A DNA stretch of 64,000 nt from an uncultured archaeon (GTDB lineage: Archaea; Nanohalarchaeota; Nanosalinia; Nanosalinales; Nanosalinaceae), in the NCBI GenBank assembly GCA_964421955.1, contig CAYQYU010000001.1, positions 76,521-140,520 of the forward strand, read 5' to 3'. The position numbers were made by a program, and so were the translations under genes. Below, one piece after another: positions 61,611 through 64,000 of the stretch; position 1 is the stretch's first letter, and every line of letters begins with the position of its first letter. The notes under the pieces are model-generated. The model had not been told where the DNA came from and made no database searches. It saw only the letters and a program-made list of their open reading frames with translations.

Positions 61611-62972
61611 TTGGTAAAAGACATTCTTGACTCTGCAAAGCCCGCGGCCGAGAAACTTGAGAAATTCGATGGAAAGATACGTCTGATCGGACAGTACGAC
61701 GCAGACGGCATATGCGCAACCGCGATCGCCCACGAAATTCTTGAGAGACTCGGCAAAGATTTCGAGTATGAGATACTGAAGCAGCTCTACCGGGAAGACG
61801 TTGAGAGACTCGCAGAAGAAGATGAGGAACTCCTGCTGTTCGTTGATATAGGATCCGGAAAGTCGGAGGCGATCCAGGAGCTGGTGGTCGAAGACGCGGG
61901 CAAAGAAGTCATAGTCTCAGACCACCACTCGCCCCAGGTAGAAGGAGATTTCATACATCTGAACCCTCACTTCCTTGGTCACGATGGAGGGGAGGCGATA
62001 AGCGCCGCCGGGATGACATACCTTCTCGCGGAGTCTGTAAGCCAGGACAATACGGATCTCGTGCCGCTGGCTCTCATAGGAGCGACGGGAGATATACAGA
62101 AGCAGGACGGAGAGTTCCTGGGACTGAACAGGGATTTACTGGAGCGAGCCGAGAAAAACAACCTTATCGACAGGAGGAAAGGACTTGATCTCTACGGTCG
62201 TTCAACCAAGCCACTGCACAAGTCACTGATGTATACCTCTGATCCATATCTCGACGGCATATCCAACAACGAATCGGGCGCAATACAGTTCATACAGAGC
62301 TGTGGCGTCGATATAAGAGATAACGGAAGGTTCAAGACACTCGAAGATCTTGACCCTGAGGAAGAGAAGAAGATAATACACGGCCTGATCAAGAGAGGTT
62401 ACGACGTTGAATCACTGCTCCAGGACATCTACGTCCTTGACAACGGCCACGGAATCGACGAGTTCTCCACCATAATAAACGCCTGCGGTCGACTTGGCGA
62501 GCCAGAGAAGGGCGTCAGGATTCTGCTTGACGAGGACCTCAAGCTAGCGGAGAAAATCTCGAAGAAGTACGGCAGGAAAATCTCTTCATCGCTCCGTTTC
62601 GTGGAAAACAACAGCGATAACGAGGAGTTCATCTACGAAAACGACATAGGCGTTATCGATGCCAGAGACAATATAGACGAGGACTTCATAGGCACGGTAA
62701 CAACAATCACGATGAGCGACGGCTTCTTTTCTTCCCCTGTGGTTGCGGGTCTCGCGCACGCTGAGAAGGATAAAATCAAGGTTTCCTGCCGGGCCACCAA
62801 GGAAGCGGTCGAGACCGGCCTCAACCTCGGAGAAATTATAGAGGAAATCTGCGAGGAAATCGATGGCGAAGGCGGCGGCCACAACGTCGCGGCAGGCGCA
62901 AAAATTCCACGGGAGAAGAAGGAAGAATTCCTAGAACAGCTGGACTCTGGTGTCAGGGAGTTCACGGACTAG
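61611..62972 (+). CDS. DHH-family phosphoesterase, RecJ/GAN (Cdc45-like) homolog
   Basis: 453 aa. DADGICA, VSDHH and GGGHNVAAGA. TTG start immediately after an in-frame TAG. The position next to rps15 is common in archaea. Confidence 0.8.
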   Translation: MVKDILDSAKPAAEKLEKFDGKIRLIGQYDADGICATAIAHEILERLGKDFEYEILKQLYREDVERLAEEDEELLLFVDIGSGKSEAIQELVVEDAGKEVIVSDHHSPQVEGDFIHLNPHFLGHDGGEAISAAGMTYLLAESVSQDNTDLVPLALIGATGDIQKQDGEFLGLNRDLLERAEKNNLIDRRKGLDLYGRSTKPLHKSLMYTSDPYLDGISNNESGAIQFIQSCGVDIRDNGRFKTLEDLDPEEEKKIIHGLIKRGYDVESLLQDIYVLDNGHGIDEFSTIINACGRLGEPEKGVRILLDEDLKLAEKISKKYGRKISSSLRFVENNSDNEEFIYENDIGVIDARDNIDEDFIGTVTTITMSDGFFSSPVVAGLAHAEKDKIKVSCRATKEAVETGLNLGEIIEEICEEIDGEGGGHNVAAGAKIPREKKEEFLEQLDSGVREFTD

Positions 62973-63014
62973 AGCATCATACCGTTTATAAAGTTTTGAC
63001 TCGCGATCAGTAGC

Positions 63015-63569
63015 ATGGCCAAGGCTGTTATACAGAAAAACTGGTACGATATCCAGGCTCCGGACATATTCTCCGAGGACAAGATAGGAGAGACACCGGC
63101 GGAGAAAGAGTCGCAGCTAATCGACAGGAGGATCAGCAAAGACCTCACCTCGGTCTTCGATGGTACCGACAAGTACTACGTCGATGTCCACTTCAGGGTG
63201 ACCGATGTCGAAGGCAACAAGGCTTTCACAGAGATTGACGGAATGGAGTGCTCGAAGGAGTTCGTGTCCCGGATGGTCAGAAAGCGCTCTGACCGCATGG
63301 ACCTTGTCCACGACACAGAAACCTCGGACGACAGGAAAGTCCGTGTAAAGGTAGTGGGAGCCACGGTAAGCAACACTTCTACAAAGACCCTCAAGGCCTC
63401 CAGAGAAGCAATCAAGGACGCAATCGACGAGAAAGCGTCGGAGCAGAGTTACGAGGAGCTGATGGAGAACATCTTCGCGGACAACCTCCAGAAAGGTATC
63501 AGGGACGCGGCCAACGGCATCTACCCGTTCAGGGAGCTTGAAGTCAGGAAGACAGAGCTTCTGGAATAA
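63015..63569 (+). CDS. rps3ae: 30S ribosomal protein S3Ae (eS1)
   Basis: 184 aa. KNWYDIQAP..F. TATA-like TTTATAAAG about 25 nt upstream. Confidence 0.92.
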   Translation: MAKAVIQKNWYDIQAPDIFSEDKIGETPAEKESQLIDRRISKDLTSVFDGTDKYYVDVHFRVTDVEGNKAFTEIDGMECSKEFVSRMVRKRSDRMDLVHDTETSDDRKVRVKVVGATVSNTSTKTLKASREAIKDAIDEKASEQSYEELMENIFADNLQKGIRDAANGIYPFRELEVRKTELLE

Positions 63570-63740
63570 AAATATAAGCCGTCACACTAACTTTTTCTCT
63601 ATGGCCCTGTTCTCCTACTTGGAGAAACTACAGTCAAAGCTAGCCGATGAGCCCTATGATGAGAGCCTTATCGAATACGGTGAGGGGCAAAGACCGGAAG
63701 AGGAACGTTTAGCAACTTTCAGTATTCTTGACTAACGATC

Positions 63741-64000
63741 TCAGTGCAGGATGAAGTCCAGGGCGTACATTCCCGGACCGACAAGGTAGAACATGAAAAC
63801 CGCTCCAAGGAGAAGTAGATCGACCTCGTAACCGCCTGCAAACTCTTTATCCATCTTGTCAATCGCCACGTATGTTATGACACCCATGAAAAGAGTCAGC
63901 ACAAGGGCGGCGACACGGGTGAAAAGACCGAGTGCAAGCATCGTTCCTGCAACCACCTCTACTCCCAGTGCGAGATAGACCAGGAATATAGAGTCTGAAA
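63741..64000 (-). CDS. DoxX-family membrane protein (C-terminal part; gene continues past the window end)
   Basis: LALGLFTRVAALVLTLFMGV is a DoxX-like segment. The reading frame stays open to position 64000. Confidence 0.6.
   Translation of the reverse strand, partial: SDSIFLVYLALGVEVVAGTMLALGLFTRVAALVLTLFMGVITYVAIDKMDKEFAGGYEVDLLLLGAVFMFYLVGPGMYALDFILH

Noticed and set aside
63601-63735. 44-aa acidic ORF (MALFSYLEKLQSKLADEPYDES...) after rps3ae.
   Set aside because: It is short, with no SD or TATA at a suitable distance and no recognisable family. It is left unannotated.
1-64000. CRISPR arrays, transposases, integrases, toxin-antitoxin pairs or known defence-system genes.
   Set aside because: No regularly spaced repeats were seen. 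No ORF shows recognisable recombinase, Cas, restriction-enzyme or toxin motifs. The only mobile-element-like traces are the tRNA fragment repeats.

Overview
Archaeal chromosomal segment of roughly 50% GC, tightly packed and mostly housekeeping. Archaeal identity rests on split rpoB''/rpoB' and rpoA'/rpoA'', archaeal-type aaRS, aEF-2/aEF-1alpha, eS1/eS31, tRNA introns with EndA/RtcB/archease, and TATA-box promoters about 25-30 nt upstream of starts. Nearly all predicted proteins are very acidic (D/E-rich), and the conserved ribosomal gene order is broken. This suggests a salt-in halophile with a small genome (Nanohaloarchaeota/DPANN-like or related to Halobacteria). That placement is inference only.

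Content:
- rpoH-rpoB''-rpoB'-rpoA'-rpoA''-nusA, rps12-rps7-EF2 and EF1a-rps10
- rpl3-rpl4-rpl23-rpl2-rps19-rpl22-rps3-rps27ae
- pheST, trpS, glyS, pgk, ndk, truD, pth2, rnhB, nucS, radC and cmk
- tRNA splicing genes endA, archease and rtcB
- t6A genes kae1, tsaC and bud32, with two CPA2 antiporters between them
- a GT2/GT-C/thioredoxin-like envelope operon
- four tRNA genes: Val and Lys with introns, initiator Met, and Ser

I found no CRISPR array, integrase, transposase or recognisable defence system.

Most notable observations:
1. rpl3 and pheT each encode their conserved N-terminus upstream of the first ATG/GTG/TTG. In both, an ATT codon sits where homologues have Met1, exactly 6 nt behind an extended Shine-Dalgarno (GAGGTGA / GGAGGTGA) that contains an in-frame TGA.
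2. Three of the four tRNA genes are followed within 100 nt by a near-perfect partial copy of their own 3' end. For tRNA-Lys the copy includes part of the intron.
3. One ORF fuses an AsnB-like amidotransferase to a Dph6/DUF71 domain.
4. kae1-tsaC-kef-kef-bud32 looks like a single overlapping operon.
5. A Shine-Dalgarno-led upstream ORF ends on the GTG start of rps15.
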